Of a stretch of DNA of 64,000 nucleotides, positions 25,850-38,734 are shown in pieces. The notes under the pieces are model-generated. The model did no database searches, was not told where the DNA came from, and saw only the letters and a list, made by a program, of their open reading frames with translations. The position numbers were made by a program, and so were the translations under genes. Origin of the DNA: Mobula hypostoma (lineage: Eukaryota); NCBI RefSeq assembly GCF_963921235.1, contig NC_086108.1:93560001-93624000 (forward strand), written 5' to 3'. How positions within the stretch are numbered: the first letter of the stretch is position 1; the number at the start of each line of letters is the position of its first letter.

Positions 25850-26370
25850 TCTTGGACTAATTAATAATGACAGCCCTGCATATGATTTGCTGCATTTTAA
25901 TAAGGATGTCATCATATAGGGCCCTGAAATGTAGGTCATGTCTTAACAAATTCTCCTGTTAGTGAATTTACCTCATGATTTGTTTCAATTTTTTTTTATT
26001 CAGAACTTAGTTGAAGTGTAACTTGATAAAATTATTAAGTTCAACGAAGTCGACAGGAAAGACAATTCAACTTTAACCAGTTTTTCTTGCACAAATTCAG
26101 TTGCTCTATTTTGAGAAGGGGATTAAAACAAGCAGATTACACATGAGCTGTGTAGTTTGGCGCAGCACCATCATTAGGTCTCGTGTAGAAATGTATTCTC
26201 CAAAGAAGAGTTTGTTTCCCTTGGATATTTCCTCCAAATGTCATTTCTCTGTCTGAGGTAAGCTGCAGTATATGTTCTTCTGCCTTTGCTTTCAACAAAT
26301 AGTTATTTTGTACAGTGAGCCTTCTCCTCGGCATTCTTGTTAATCTGTTACAGGCTTTATTGCTGAACCT
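25850..26370 (+). promoter_or_regulatory. Candidate photoreceptor promoter of ABCA4
   Basis: TE-poor island containing CTAATTAA (25857), a consensus RORE AATGTAGGTCA (25928-25938), K50/CRX-type GGATTA (26120-26125), AGATTA (26134-26139) and TAATCT (26341), and an AT-preceded TGCTGA (26361-26366, Maf/NRL half site). Function is inferred. Confidence 0.45.
26190..26257 (+). other. ABCA4: Candidate non-coding first exon of ABCA4 (5' boundary unknown)
   Basis: Strong donor GAG|GTAAGC at 26257/26258. The last ~20 nt resemble my recollection of the human ABCA4 5'UTR, and the ATG exon has an upstream acceptor. Confidence 0.5.
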
Positions 26371-27039
26371 TGATCATTATTGTGCTAGTCATGCTTAACA
26401 ACATTTGGAATGTAAGAATTATAGTGTTCGTACACTTGGAAAAGAAGCCATTTTAGTTCTTGATTGAGTGAGGAAATGGATGAAATTTGTTTAAGCAGAT
26501 GATAACACTCTAGGTTAAATAAGTAATGTCATGGAAGGTAGTTCTACATTCTAGTAATAAACTTGTATGTATTTGGCCTAACAAATGCATCAGGTACTTG
26601 GCCATATCAACAGCTGAGCATTCCTGAACAGATTGGTAAGCAAACATCACCCACAATGTCGATGCCTATAAAATCATCACAGCATGTTCAAACTTATAGG
26701 GTTACCTATTTTTACTTTAAAGTTGCTCAGTACAATGTAACTTAAAATTTCCAGAAAAGAGTATTTTATATGATCTAAGTAAATGAGCAAATAGCAAATC
26801 TTCATTATCTGAAGTACTTCTGATGTAGCAATGAATATCCCAAAATATACTTTTTTTGCCTTTCAATAATTTGGTATGAGTAAATAATCTACAGATCTCT
26901 TGACCACCATGTTGGTTGCAATTTTGTTCACTGAAGAAGAAACGATTTTGCTTTATCAGTTTGCCTGTATACGTGGCTGAATTTTGAAAAGTTTATGGAG
27001 TAGCATACAGTATAGCAAAGTCCTAGACACAATATGATT

Positions 27040-27500
27040 GTCTTACATGGCTTTATTATTGTCACATGTACCGAGATAAAAAACTGCTTCACATGACCTC
27101 ATACAGATCATTTCATCACATCCGAGCATAGAAGTTGTACAAGGTAAAACAGTAATAGAATGTAGGATGACATGTTACAGTTGCAGAGAAAGCATAGTGT
27201 AGCCAATAATAAGGTGCAAGGCCATAATGAAGTAGATTGTGAGGTCAAGAATCTATCTTATCCTCCGAAGGGACTATTCTATAGACTTATTACAGTGGGA
27301 TAGAAATTGTCCTTGAACCTGGTGGTATGTGCTTTCTGGCTTTTGTTACCTTCTGCTTGATGAGTGGGGTGGGGGAGGAAGAAGAAAGAATATCTGGAGT
27401 AGGTGGTGTCTTTGATTCTGCAGGCTACTTTGCCGAGGCAGCAAAAAGTACAGGAAGAGTCCATGGAGAGGAGGCAGCTGTACTGAGGCAGCGAGAAGTT
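27040..27500 (-). mobile_element. Rex1-type 3' end, degenerate
   Basis: ORF 27279-27554 ending TTRFKDNFYPTVISL; polyA signal (TTTATT on +) near 27052. Confidence 0.65.
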
Positions 27501-28326
27501 CAATGTCGCCTGGCCACCTTGAGGTATTAGTAATTTCCTCTCAGGATCTAACATTAGTCAGTCCACATTTCCAGATCCGTCAGCAAATTAAAATCCTTTC
27601 TTACTAATTGGATTAAGTATTATCATAGAGCAGGGACAAAATGCTAATGCTTCAGTTTTATGAATATGATGGTTGGACGTGTGCAAGGACGAGAGCATGC
27701 ACGCTGGATTTGTTGATCCAGTTCAATTCTGAACCAGTTAATGGGATTTAGATTATGGAATATAAAATAACAAAAGGTTGTAATGTAAGATATTAGTAAC
27801 TAATTTTGTGAAATTTGTATTCTTTGTAGTAGATGTGCAAGAAATATTAGAACAGATAATACAATTAAATAATAAAATATGAAACTTGGATAATGAACTG
27901 ATTTTAATTAATTTTATTATTACAATGGAAAAAAAGAACTGGAACTGTTGCCTTTAGAGCAAAGAAATACTTTTTCAAGATTCAAGCTTCAAAGATTCAA
28001 AGTGCATTCATTATCAAAGTAGATATGTAGTATACAACTCTGAAATTCATCTTCCCTCAGACAGCCATGAAACAAGGAAAACTACTGAACCTGTTCAAAG
28101 AAAAACATTAACCCCCCCCACCACCCTACATATGCAAAAAATAACAAATTGCACAGACAATTTAAAAAACAAGTGAAAAACACAGAATATAAAACACAAA
28201 ATAAAAAGAGTCCAGGCATATTCAGTTCAGCTCAGTTCTGGTTCAATCTAGTGGATTTAACAACAACTTTGAAAATAAAAAGACATTTAAATAAAGTAAT
28301 TCATGTAAAGACATTTATATGAATTA

Positions 28327-29055
28327 TAGAACATTGAACATAGAATAGTACAGCACAATACAGGCCCTTCAGCCCACAATGTTGTGCCGACCCTTAAACC
28401 CTGCCTCCCATATAACCCCCCACCTTAAATTCCTCCATATACCTATCTAGTAGTCTCTTAAACTTCACTAGTGTATCTGCCTCCACCACTGACTCAGGCA
28501 GTGCATTCCATGCACCAACCACTCTCTGAGTAAAAAATCTTCCTCTAATATCCCCTTTGAGCTTCATACCCCTTACCTTAAAGCCATGTCCTCTTGTATT
28601 GAGCAGTGTTGCCCTGGGGAAGAGGCAACATTCTATCTTGTATACCTCTATTATGTCTCCTCTCATCCTCCTTCTCTCTAGAGAGTAAAGCCCTAGCTCC
28701 CTTAATCTCTGATCATAATGCATACTCTCTAAACCAGGTAGCATCCTGGTAGATCTCCTCTGTACCCTTTCCAATGCTTCCACATCCTTCCTATAGTGAG
28801 GTGACCAGAACTGGACACAGTACTCCAAGTGTGGCCTCTCCAGAGTTTTATAGATCTGCATCATTACCCCGCGACTCTTAAACTCTATCCCTTGACTTAT
28901 GAAAGCTAACACTCCATAAGCTTTCTTAACTACCCTATCCACCTGTGAGGCAAATTTTAGGGATCTGTGGACATGTACCCCCAGATCCCTCTGCTCCTCC
29001 ACACTACCAAGTATCCTGCCATTTACTTTGTACTCTGCCTTGGAGTTTGTCCTCA
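28327..29055 (-). mobile_element. Young 5'-truncated CR1
   Basis: Uninterrupted 220-aa ORF 28394-29056 (RDLGVHV...RPHLEYCVQFWSP...FFTQRVVGAWNALP) plus tail. Confidence 0.93.
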
Positions 29056-29494
29056 ATGTAGTTACATAGTGTAGAATTAAAACACAACAAAGTTTTGAAT
29101 TTTATCTGCTGAGTATTTCAAAAACTTTAGAGTCGTGACTTATCAAAATCAAAACGAATCTATGACTGCAAGGTTCAAGAAATACTCAACAGATGAGGCA
29201 GCATCTATGAAGAGAGAAATAGTAAAGTTTCAGGTCAATGATTTTGGTTAGAACAGCCTTTTCGCTAGGTTATCTGGGATTGTTGAAGAATGGTAGGAAA
29301 AAAACAGTAAAGTGACTTCTTGCTGGTTAACATCAATGGAGACCCAAAAACTGTCTCCTCTAGTTTCTCTGCGTCTTTCTTCTAACTTTGGTGAAAATAA
29401 AATATCGTAAGATGTAATACAATCTGCTAAATCATTTTCAATGGTTTTACAATTTTGCACAAGGCCAACATTACACTGCAGATTTTAGAGCATG

Positions 29495-29900
29495 TCACTC
29501 TCATCGTTTGTTCATTTGTTATGTGCCATGTTGTATGACGTGCACGATCATGGTCTTTCTGTGACCATGATTCACCTTGGCAAACTTTTCTACAGCTGCA
29601 GTTTGCCATTACCTTCTTCTGGGCAGTGTCTTTACAAGACGGGTGACCCAGCCATTGTCAATACTCTTCAGAGACTGTCTGACTGGCGTCAGTGGTCGCA
29701 TAACCAGGACCCATGATTTGCACCAACTGCTCATACGACCATCCATCACCTGCTCGCATGGCTTCACGTAACCATGATCGGGGAGCTAATCAGGTGCTAC
29801 ACCTTGCCCAAGGGTGACCTGTAGGCTAGTGGAGGGAGGAGATGCCTTACAGCTCCTTTGGTAGAGAAGGAATGCCTGACAGCTCCACCTCACCACCCAT
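29495..29900 (-). mobile_element. Non-autonomous RTE-derived (bipartite) SINE-like element
   Basis: Reverse-complement match to 37561-37953; GTAGCACCTG and GAAGAAGGYAATGGCAAAC motifs. Confidence 0.75.
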
Positions 29901-30452
29901 TGACAATGACATTTTCTTGGATAGAGTCCTAGAATCTTAGAGTTATGGAGTCCTTCGGCTCAACATGTGATCAAGTTGCTTACCTGAGCTGGTCCCTTCT
30001 CTCTGCATTTGACCCATATCTCTTTAGGCCTTTTCTATCCATGTCCCTCTCTACATGGCCTTTAAACATTATTGTTGTACTTGCTTTTATCACTTCCTGT
30101 GGCAGCTTGTTCCACATATCAACTCCCTTTGCATGGAAAAGCTTGATCCTTGGTTTCCCTTTAAAATTTTTCCCCTCTCACTTTAAATCCATGCCCTCTA
30201 GTGTTAGATTCCATTACTCTGGGAAAAAGACTGTGATCATCCACTTTAACTAAATTAAGGAATAATAATTTATTTATTTTATGATTTAATTTGAGATGAA
30301 CTCGAATGATTAAGCACAACATCTGCTTTCCTTCTAACCTCCTCTCCTTTGGGAATAGGCGTAATCATCTTCAGGCTCAGAACAGCCTGGCAGAATCAAA
30401 AGTGAAACAAAAATCACAATTTCACTAACTTAATTGAAATTATTGTATAGAC

Positions 30453-30645
30453 CAGGGGTGGCCAGCCTTTTACATTCCATGCATCAATTTTTTCACTCAG
30501 GAATTCAGATGTGCCATACTACTCTTGTACCCCCATTCAATTCTTGTAAAAATATGTTAATATAGAACTCGTGCATGAAAAAGTCGCATCTGAACTCGTG
30601 CATGAAAAAATTGACGCATGGAATGTAAAAGGTTGGCCACCCCTG
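30453..30645. mobile_element. hAT (Charlie-type) MITE, 193 bp
   Basis: ~43-bp TIRs CAGGGGTGGCCA.CCTTTTACATTCCATGC.TCAATTTTTTCA; perfect 8-bp TSD GTATAGAC at 30445-30452 and 30646-30653. Confidence 0.95.
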
Positions 30646-31272
30646 GTATAGACTAAAGGGACGACTTTAAAGGAGCTAGGCACAAAGTACTATGGAAAGG
30701 TGATTCCTCAGTGTAAGTAACTGAATTCATACATTTTGGATAATGAAAAGAGCATAGAATTAAATACTGAAATGACAACTTGCTTTTCATTGAAAGAGTG
30801 CTCAGGGTTTGAATCTGAATATATGCAGATCTTTAAAATTTTACAACACAAGAACGATGAAAGTTGAGAATGAATCATTGTGTTCAAAGATTTAAATAGA
30901 TCAGGGATGACCCAAAACTGGAAGTTTATTCCTATTGATAACAGAAGTTTATGAATTCAGTATAATTTTAGAAATAGAAAGGCAGAAGTTATGTTCCTTA
31001 ATGTAGAACTATTGCATTATGTGATTATGCAAAGAGATCCCCATCATATTTCAAAGGAATTCAGAAGAAAATTTTGAAAATATCAAATGATAAAAGAAGA
31101 GGAGGATTGAGAGATTAATATTCCTGACTTTAAGATGCTAAGGAAGGGGAAATACCAGGGGCTGGTATGTTTATTAAGAAGTCTTTTATAACACTGGAGA
31201 ATGAAACTGAAATTATCAAAGACAGAACGCATTTGGTTAGAACGAAACAACAAGAAAGGAGTTAATATTACT

Positions 31273-32462
31273 AATCTGCTAAAATAAAAATCTGCTCTCA
31301 GGATTAGGCTTTTCATTCCAGGACGAGGGAGATGTCCTCCTTTTTTAAAGAAAGGGGCTTCCCTACCTCCACTATCAACTCTGCTCTCAAACGCATCTCC
31401 CCCATTTCACGTACATCTGCTCTCACTCCATCCTCCCGCCACCCCACTAGGAACAGGGTTCCCCTGGTCCTCACCTACCACCCCACCAGCCTCCGGGTCC
31501 AACATATTATTCTCCGTAACTTCCGCCACCTCCAACGGGATCCCACCGCTAAGCACATCTTTCCCTCCCCGCCCCCTGCTTTCTGCAGGGATCGCTCCCT
31601 ACACGACTCCCTTGTCCATTCGTCTCCCCCATCCCTCCCCAATGATCTCCCTCTTGGCACTTATCCGTGTAAGCGGAACAAGTGCTACACGTGCCCTTAC
31701 ACTTCCTCCCTCACCACCATTCAGGGCCCCAGACAGTCAGGTCGGCTGGGGTGATATTCTGCGTCCAGTGCTCCCGATGTGGCCTTCTATATATTGGCGA
31801 GACCCGACACAGACTGGGAGACCGCTTTGCTGAACACCTACGCTCTGTCTGCCAGAGAAAGCAGGATCTCCCAGTGGCCATACATTTTAATTCCACATCC
31901 CATTCCCATTCTGACATGTCTATCCACGGCCTCCTCTACTGTAAAGATGAAGCCACACTCAGGTTGGAGGAACAACACCTTATATTCCGTCTGGGTAGCC
32001 TCCAACCTGATGGCATGAACATCGACTTTTCTACCTTCCGCTAATGCCCCACCTCCCCCTCGTACCCCATCTGTTATTTATTTTTATACACACATTCTTT
32101 CCCTCTCTCTCTCCTTTTTGTCCCTCTGACTATACCCCTTGCCCATCCTCTGGTTTCCCCCTCTCCCTTTCTCCTTGGACCTCCTGTCCCATGATCCTCT
32201 CATATCCCCTTTGCCTATCACCTGTCCAGCTCTTGGCTCTATCCCTCCCCCTCCTGTCTTCTCCTATCATTTTGGATCTCCCCCTCCCCCTCCCACTTTC
32301 ACATCTCTTACTAACTCTTCCTTCAGTTAGTCCTGACGAAGGGTCTCAGCCTGAAACGTCGACTGTACCTCTTCCTAGAGATGCTGCCTGGCCTGCTGCG
32401 TTCACCAGCAACTTTGATGTGTGTTGCTTGAATTTCCAGCATCTGCAGAACTCCTGTTGTTT
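31273..32462 (+). mobile_element. 5'-truncated Penelope-like element (Neptune-type) with GIY-YIG endonuclease, inserted in an ancient CR1 endonuclease region
   Basis: ORF 31332-31754 (FKERGFP...RVPLVLTYHP...PCKRNKCYTCPY Cys linker) and 31682-32044 (VIFCVQCSRCGLLYIGET...RFAEH...EQHLI...QPDGMN). Perfect 14-bp TSD GAGTTAATATTACT at 31259-31272 and 32463-32476. Confidence 0.93.
32329..32364 (+). ncRNA. Minimal type I hammerhead ribozyme motif in the Penelope pLTR
   Basis: AGUC-CUGACGA-A-GGGU(CUCA)GCCU-GAA-ACGU-C^GACU: stem I AGUC/GACU, intact core, palindromic ACGU helix III, predicted GUC cleavage after 32360. Confidence 0.75.
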
Positions 32463-34605
32463 GAGTTAATATTACTGTTGTGTATATACGTTAGACCACC
32501 AACTGATGGAAATGCAATAGAAAAGCAAATTTGTTGACAAATTCCAAAATAGCTACTGGAAAATAGTTATTTCATAAACTTTTGAACTTCAGGATGAGCG
32601 AAGTATATTTCCAAAAGAGCTATGTTGTTTAACAATGAATAACATCATGAGATTCAGAACACTCACGGAGTAAAGGTTCAATTAATAGTTATCTCTTTAG
32701 TTAGATGAAAAGGGAGATATCCTGGCACATATAGATTTTTTAAAATGAATAGCAAGAAGACAATGACCAATATCCCATATCTCAGGAGCAACTTCCTGGC
32801 AAAGACAGACATTAATTATGAAAATCACCACTGCTTTCAATGTGCTATGACTGCCTTTGGTTGATTGGGAAAACGAATATTTGAAGATCAAGACCTCAAA
32901 TTTGGCACAAAGCTCAGAATCTGTTGGGCAACTGTTATCCCCTTCCTTCTATAAATCTTTAGGTGCTTGGCCAAAATACACATGCTATTCTGAGCTCTGT
33001 CATCAGAAGTCATTGCCAGGTTAACAAAGGAAAAGGTTCCAGGACGGGCTCCAAGCCAGCCTGAAGGAATGCAACATCTGCACTCATTCTTAATGATATC
33101 CAGCCCATGACAGAGGAAGGGGAATTCAGGATGGCACTGAGAGACTCGAGACATATTGGGAACACGTGGTAGGTCTGCGTTAGTAGCAGAAGGAGTAGAC
33201 GACCTCACAACCTATCCTTTCAGCTGCCCCCTCGACCACAACCTGCTCCCTCTTATAGAAGAGACTGTGGCTCCCACATTGACCTAGTTAGCCACCTCAG
33301 AATCACAAAACTAGAGTGGACACAAATCACCTTAATCATTCTTTATGAAGAGTAAACGGTGAGCGGGCAGGTTCAGGTACAATTCAGACGTGGGTCCATG
33401 ATAAGGACCAAACCTCTCAATGCAATAGGTTTCTGGATGAGCAAGTAAAAGGATGTTTATGGCAGGTACGTCCTTTTATTTAAGAGTAGAGACCCAGGTC
33501 GAATGTTGCAAGTACATAGAAATTGAAAATGGGATTGAATGGGAGACCAAAAGATAATCTTATCAAGATATATCAAATCACAAAGGGCACAGATAATGTG
33601 AATGCACACAGTGTTTTCCCCCATGTAAAGGGCATCAGAAACCTATGGTATAGGATGGCAGGGGAAAGATTTTAAGACGGATATAAGCAGCAACCTCTTC
33701 TTGCAGAAGGTGGTGCATATAGAGAACAAGCTAATCAGTGAAACTGGTTGAGGATGTGCCATAACACATTTAAAAGGCATTTGGTGAGATAAGTGGATGA
33801 AGAAGTAGATGGCCACATGGATGATAGAAACAAATGGAGGGCTACGTAGGAGGGAAGGGTTAGATTGATCTTAGAGTAGGCTAAAAGGTCGACACAATGT
33901 TGTGGGCCAAAGGGCCTGTACTATGCTGTAATGTTCTATGTTTGAGGGACACAGGCCAAATGCGACTAGCTTAGATAGGTCTGCATGGATGAGTTGGGCT
34001 AACAGGCCTGCTTCTGTGCTGTGTTGCCCTGTAGATCTATGACTCCATAACATACTTCCAGTTCTCCTTAGAGATGAGAGTGATGCCAGCGGAGGACTGG
34101 AGAACTGCATTCTCATTTAAAATAAACCCAGCAACTACAGGCCACTCAGCTAGATGTCAGTGGAAAAGAAATTTATAAAGTCAATTTATGAGAAAAATAT
34201 TAATGCAGTTTTGATAAATATTAGCTAGAAAATGAAAGACAGCTTGTATTTATTAAAAGCTAATTTGATCAAATTCATTGATAAAATAATAAACCAGACC
34301 AATGGAAATGCTGTTACTGGCATGGCCGTGAACTTTCAAAAGGCATTTAGAAATATACCATGTATTCAATGTGCAAACAGATTTCGATTACAGGGACTCT
34401 GGCGGCAGAGACACAAATCTGTCTGAAGGGCAGAAAATGGTGAGCAGTTGCCATTCAGTCACAGGGAACTGTACAGTGATGTCTCCAAGACTCAGTACTG
34501 GGCTCTTTTTCATCTGTTTAATGACTTTGGGACTGAAGTATAGAAAGCATGTTACGAATGTTTACATTAAGACAATAAAATTCTCAAAAAAAAATCAGGA
34601 TTCAA

Positions 34606-34920
34606 AGTCCCTGAAGAAGGGTCTCAGTCTGAAACATCAACTGTTTATTAATTTCCATAGATGCTACCTGACCTGCTGAGTTCCTCCAGCATTTGTGTAC
34701 GTTGCTTTGGATTTCCAGCAACCGCAGACGTTCTCATGTATATCATTTGATGCTCCACTGCAAAGTCTCTTCGAGGAATGCCTACCCTGAAGAACTTTAA
34801 ATCTTCTCTTCAGTCCTGAAGAAGGGTCTCAGCCTGAAACGTCAACTGTTTACTCATTTCCATAGATGCTGCCTGACCTGCTGAGTTCCTCCAGCATTTT
34901 GTGTGTGTTGCTTTGGATTT
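34606..34920 (+). mobile_element. Tandem pair of Penelope pLTR units, each with a hammerhead-like core
   Basis: CTGAAGA...GAAAC at 34611-34635 and 34816-34840 (205-nt spacing), each followed by the same ~80-nt pLTR body. Confidence 0.75.
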
Positions 34921-35504
34921 GCAGGAAATGGATTAGTAAAACACTCAGACTAACTCAGGTGAGATTTAACAGAGTACTCTGAAGTCATATGTTTTTGTAG
35001 GAATTATAAGGAAAAGCAAAATGAAATAATGCAAGTTTCACACGAATGCTGATTCAGGAAGTGTTTTTACACAGATATTTGATGTTGAAATGTCACTTAA
35101 GTGTATATGAAACCATTGGCTTTGTTAATGGGAATGGAGAAGTAAAGCCAAGATGCGTCCATATGGCTTTACGGCATTGAAGGAGGTTATTTGGTCTATC
35201 AAACCCAGGCCACTCTCATTTTCTCCACTAATTTTCCATGTAATCTATTCTCCCTACATTCCCATCAAATACGGCACCCTTCCCCTACCTCCAAGGTCCC
35301 ATCACTTAATTGTACACTAGTAGCAATTAAATCATCAATCAGCTTGTTTTTGTGACATGGGCAGTTGTTGGAACACCCAGAGGAAACCCACACAATCACA
35401 GGACACACAGAAGGCACTGAATGTGAGAACTGAACCTGATTTATTGACACACTGAAACGAAAGTCCTACTGATCACCCCACTTCCGCAATCTGCTGGCTA
35501 TGAT

Positions 35505-36012
35505 GCTAAGTGATGTAACCTGTGGTCATCGGGTGACTGGGGTCTTTCAACATCGTCCACTCTCACTCAGGCGACCCGGCCAGGGTTGATTAGGCCCTGG
35601 CTTGTGTCCCAGCAGCACTGGTCCACAGGTCACACCTCTCGATCCACAGCCATCTCGAGACTCACTCAGCAGCCTATGTGACGGTCCTGGTGGCTCTTTT
35701 CTTTGCAGCCCCCATACATCCCACCTCTATAGGCTCGCACCATGTCCTGCACCTCTGCCTCTGGCTCTGCTCCCACCAGCTCCTGCTATTTGGCTTTCTT
35801 ACATTCAAACTCCTCCTTAAACCATCATCCTAAGGAACTGTCAGCTCTACTATGACCACCTGATTCGAGGTTTCTGACAGAATGGCCGTGTCATACCTTA
35901 GTGATGAAGATGCGGTGAAGTCAAGGAACTTTAATTGCTCACCCAGATCAACGTTCAGTTGCCAGTCAGACGCCGAGGCAGGCAAACCCGTTAAAATGGC
36001 TGTTCTGTCCAA
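35505..36012 (-). mobile_element. Relic of an RLE-type non-LTR retrotransposon (Hero-like) 3' end
   Basis: ORF 35830-36012 DWQLNVDLGEQLKF...SLRYDTAILSETSNQVVIVELTVP (decayed RPD...ELTVPW nuclease motif), followed by EPIEVGC and SRWLWI remnants. Confidence 0.75.
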
Positions 36013-37049
36013 CCATTATAGAACATTGGCTAAAGCTTAACTAAGGTATAGTGGCCATGTCTGAGTTAAAAAGTCAGATTTAGGTAGAAATAAGTAAGTA
36101 TTTATAGTGGCAAAAGGAATGTTAACCAAGGAACACAGATTTAAAGAGGGAGGCACAAGAGATGTTGAATGGTGGAATCGGAAACAAAATGAAACCTGCT
36201 TGGGGAACTCAGCAAGTCATGTAGCAGCTGTGGATAGAAAGAGATAATTGACGTTTTGGATTGACTTCCTACATCAGGACCGAATGGAGCTTGAAGCCTC
36301 ATGGGACAAAACGGTGGGAAACACAAGTATTGAAGGAGGACATTTGGCGATAGTAATGAGTCCTGATAGTAGTGAGTAGCAGGTCTCGAACCAAAATGTC
36401 AAACTATCCCTTTGCCTTCACCGATTTAAAGATGATTGTAAGTTACAAACAGAGGTGTACCAGTGTTGTTATAATCAGGAGTGTGGTGCCTGAGGGAGAG
36501 CAGTGGAACTGAATCGAAAGCAAGTTTCAAGAAAGGAAGGAAACAATTGAAGGCTTTGAGGAAATGGCAGAATGGTGGGTCCAACTGAACAACCCTATCC
36601 ATGTTGAGCTAAACACCGATTCATGTGTTGCATTTTATGAGCCCATAATAATGATTAAAAACAGGTGATCTGGGTGGCCCTAATGTGATCCTGTTCTTAC
36701 ACAGATGCTGTAGCCTCCTTTCCCATTCGGATTTCTATGATTCTGTGCAAGAGAGGGCGGTCTACAGATCTCACTGCTTGAGAGATCGTTGTCACTGGTG
36801 CTCCAAGCAAGGGCTCAGGTCTGATGTAACGTGTTTCTACACGACACTTCCCTTGCATAAAGGAGGAGCATTGTTCTTTCTTGGTTATTTAACCGTCTGT
36901 TTCATCCTTTCTTCTTCCCGAATGATGTTTGGGACTTGATATTAAGTGCTTCTGCAGGGAGACATTATAGCCCTCCTGCTCATCACACAGTGGGATAATT
37001 GTCATCAAACAATGAATTCTGTGACTATTGTACGATTGGAGCACATGTC

Positions 37050-37396
37050 CTTCAAGAGGACCACAACCTTGTCATAGGGTTTGGAAGTTTGAATTCTTCA
37101 ATGACCCGGAGAGCTATGTTGGCTGGAGTCAGAGCCTTGTCCTTTGGCTCTTCGTAGGGTCATCCATGCCAAACAGGTCAAAGGGTAGAGGCCAGACTAT
37201 GAGTGGTCCACCGGTCCTCCAGGTTTGGGGGTTCAGCTCAGGGCTAACAGCCCTGACTGCTCAACAAAAAAATGGTTACAGAAACAGCAATGAAGAATCC
37301 ACCTACATCTGTGTGTGAAGGTAAGGACAGACAGAGACGGAGGACCTTCATTGCTGCCCTAAATGCCAGCAGTATAATAGGAAGCAAGTAAGTAAG
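37050..37396 (+). mobile_element. Non-autonomous RTE/Expander-like element (5'UTR joined to 3' end), (AAGT)n tail
   Basis: gagagctatgttggctgg...tagggtcatccatgccaaacaggtc; 3' ggaggaccttcattgctgcccta. Second copy at 48937-49197. Confidence 0.7.
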
Positions 37397-37560
37397 GAGC
37401 AGGTGTCAACTGTAAATTACTGTCACTGTAAATCGATTTTACCCTTTTTCTCCAGGCGGTCTAACTATTGGCAACAAACAAGATGTTGGAGGAACTTGGC
37501 ACATCAGGCCGAGCTGCTCCAGCATCTGCTGCCTTTTATATCTCACTGGTCTAACTATCT

Positions 37561-37953
37561 GGGTGGCGTGGTGGAAACAGGTCCCTACCAGCGGAGGTGT
37601 AAAACGCTCCTTTGATCCACCAGCCTGCAGGTGACCCTTGAGCAAGGTGTAGCACCTGCTTATCCCCTCCACCCCCCGCACTGATCAGGGTCACGTGAAA
37701 CCATGGGAGCGGGTGGTGGATGGTCGTATGAGCAGTTGGTGCTTATCATAGGTGCTGGTTATGCAACCACTGATGCCAGGCAGACAATATCTGAAGAGTA
37801 TTGATAATGGCTGCATAACCTGTCTTGTAAAGTCACTGCCCAGAAGAAGGCAATGACAAACCACTCTGTAGGAAAATTTGCCAAGAACGATCATGGTCAT
37901 GGATAGACTATGATCTCCCATGCCATGCGATATGGCACATAACGATGATGATG
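37561..37953 (+). mobile_element. Non-autonomous RTE-derived SINE-like element, (GAT)n tail
   Basis: Three copies in the window; shares motifs with the RTE 5'UTR at 14019-14254 and its tail type. Confidence 0.75.
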
Positions 37954-38297
37954 GTCTAATTATTATACTCTTAATCTGCAGAATTCACAATTTTGAAAAT
38001 GGAAGGCGGGTTGACCAGCCTCTGTAAAGGGCTGGTTTGAATATTTCCAGTGCGTACCCTTAATCAAAACCAAGAAACCATTCTGTTTGGTTTGGATGAA
38101 GAATACACTTCTGAAATGTTTACCTTGTCTTTTTACTTCACCTACTTTGACCAACCCTTTGTGAACTTCCATCACTATCTGATTTTACTTCCTGGTTTTC
38201 ATTGGCTTTTAATCATAACATCGTTACCAAATTCAGCCATCGCTGACTACCCGAAGGTTTTGGGACTATCCTGGTTTGAGTAGCTCAGCTAATCATT

Positions 38298-38734
38298 AAC
38301 ACAAGAGATTCTGCTGATGCTGGGAACCCAGGGGAACACACACAAAATGCTGGGGGATCTCCACTGGTCAGGCACCATCAACGGAGGGGAATAAACAGTT
38401 GACGTTTCGAGCTCAGAGCCTCATCAGGGCTGGAAAGGAAGGCAGAAGAAGCCAGAATAAGAACTTGGGGGAGAGGAAAGGGTACACCTTTTCCACTTAT
38501 CACCTCCCAGCTACTGACTTCATCACCCCCCACCCCCCCCCCCACCACCGCTCCATCTACCTTCTTGCTCAGCTAGGTTCACCTTTCACCTCGTTTGTAC
38601 TCTGCTGCCCCACACCTTCTTATTTTGGTCTTCATCACCCTTCCTTTCCAGTCTGATGAAGGGTCTTACCCCCTCCAAAGATGCTGCCTGGCCTGCAGAG
38701 ATCCCCCAGCATTTTGTGTGTGTTATTCTGGCCT
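38298..38734. mobile_element. Penelope pLTR remnant with inverted arms, ~150 bp upstream of the ABCA4 ATG-exon acceptor
   Basis: Minus arm 38298-~38480 and plus arm ~38490-38730; TSD agctaatcaYt at 38287-38297 and 38735-38745. Confidence 0.75.

Noticed and set aside
26137..26334. 65-aa minus-strand ORF over the candidate promoter
   Set aside because: No recognisable domain or exon structure; better explained as antisense to the candidate non-coding exon.
37561..37680. HDV-like fold at the 5' end of the RTE-derived SINE
   Set aside because: P1- and P4-like pairings are possible, but I could not find a canonical P3/L3 or J4/2.
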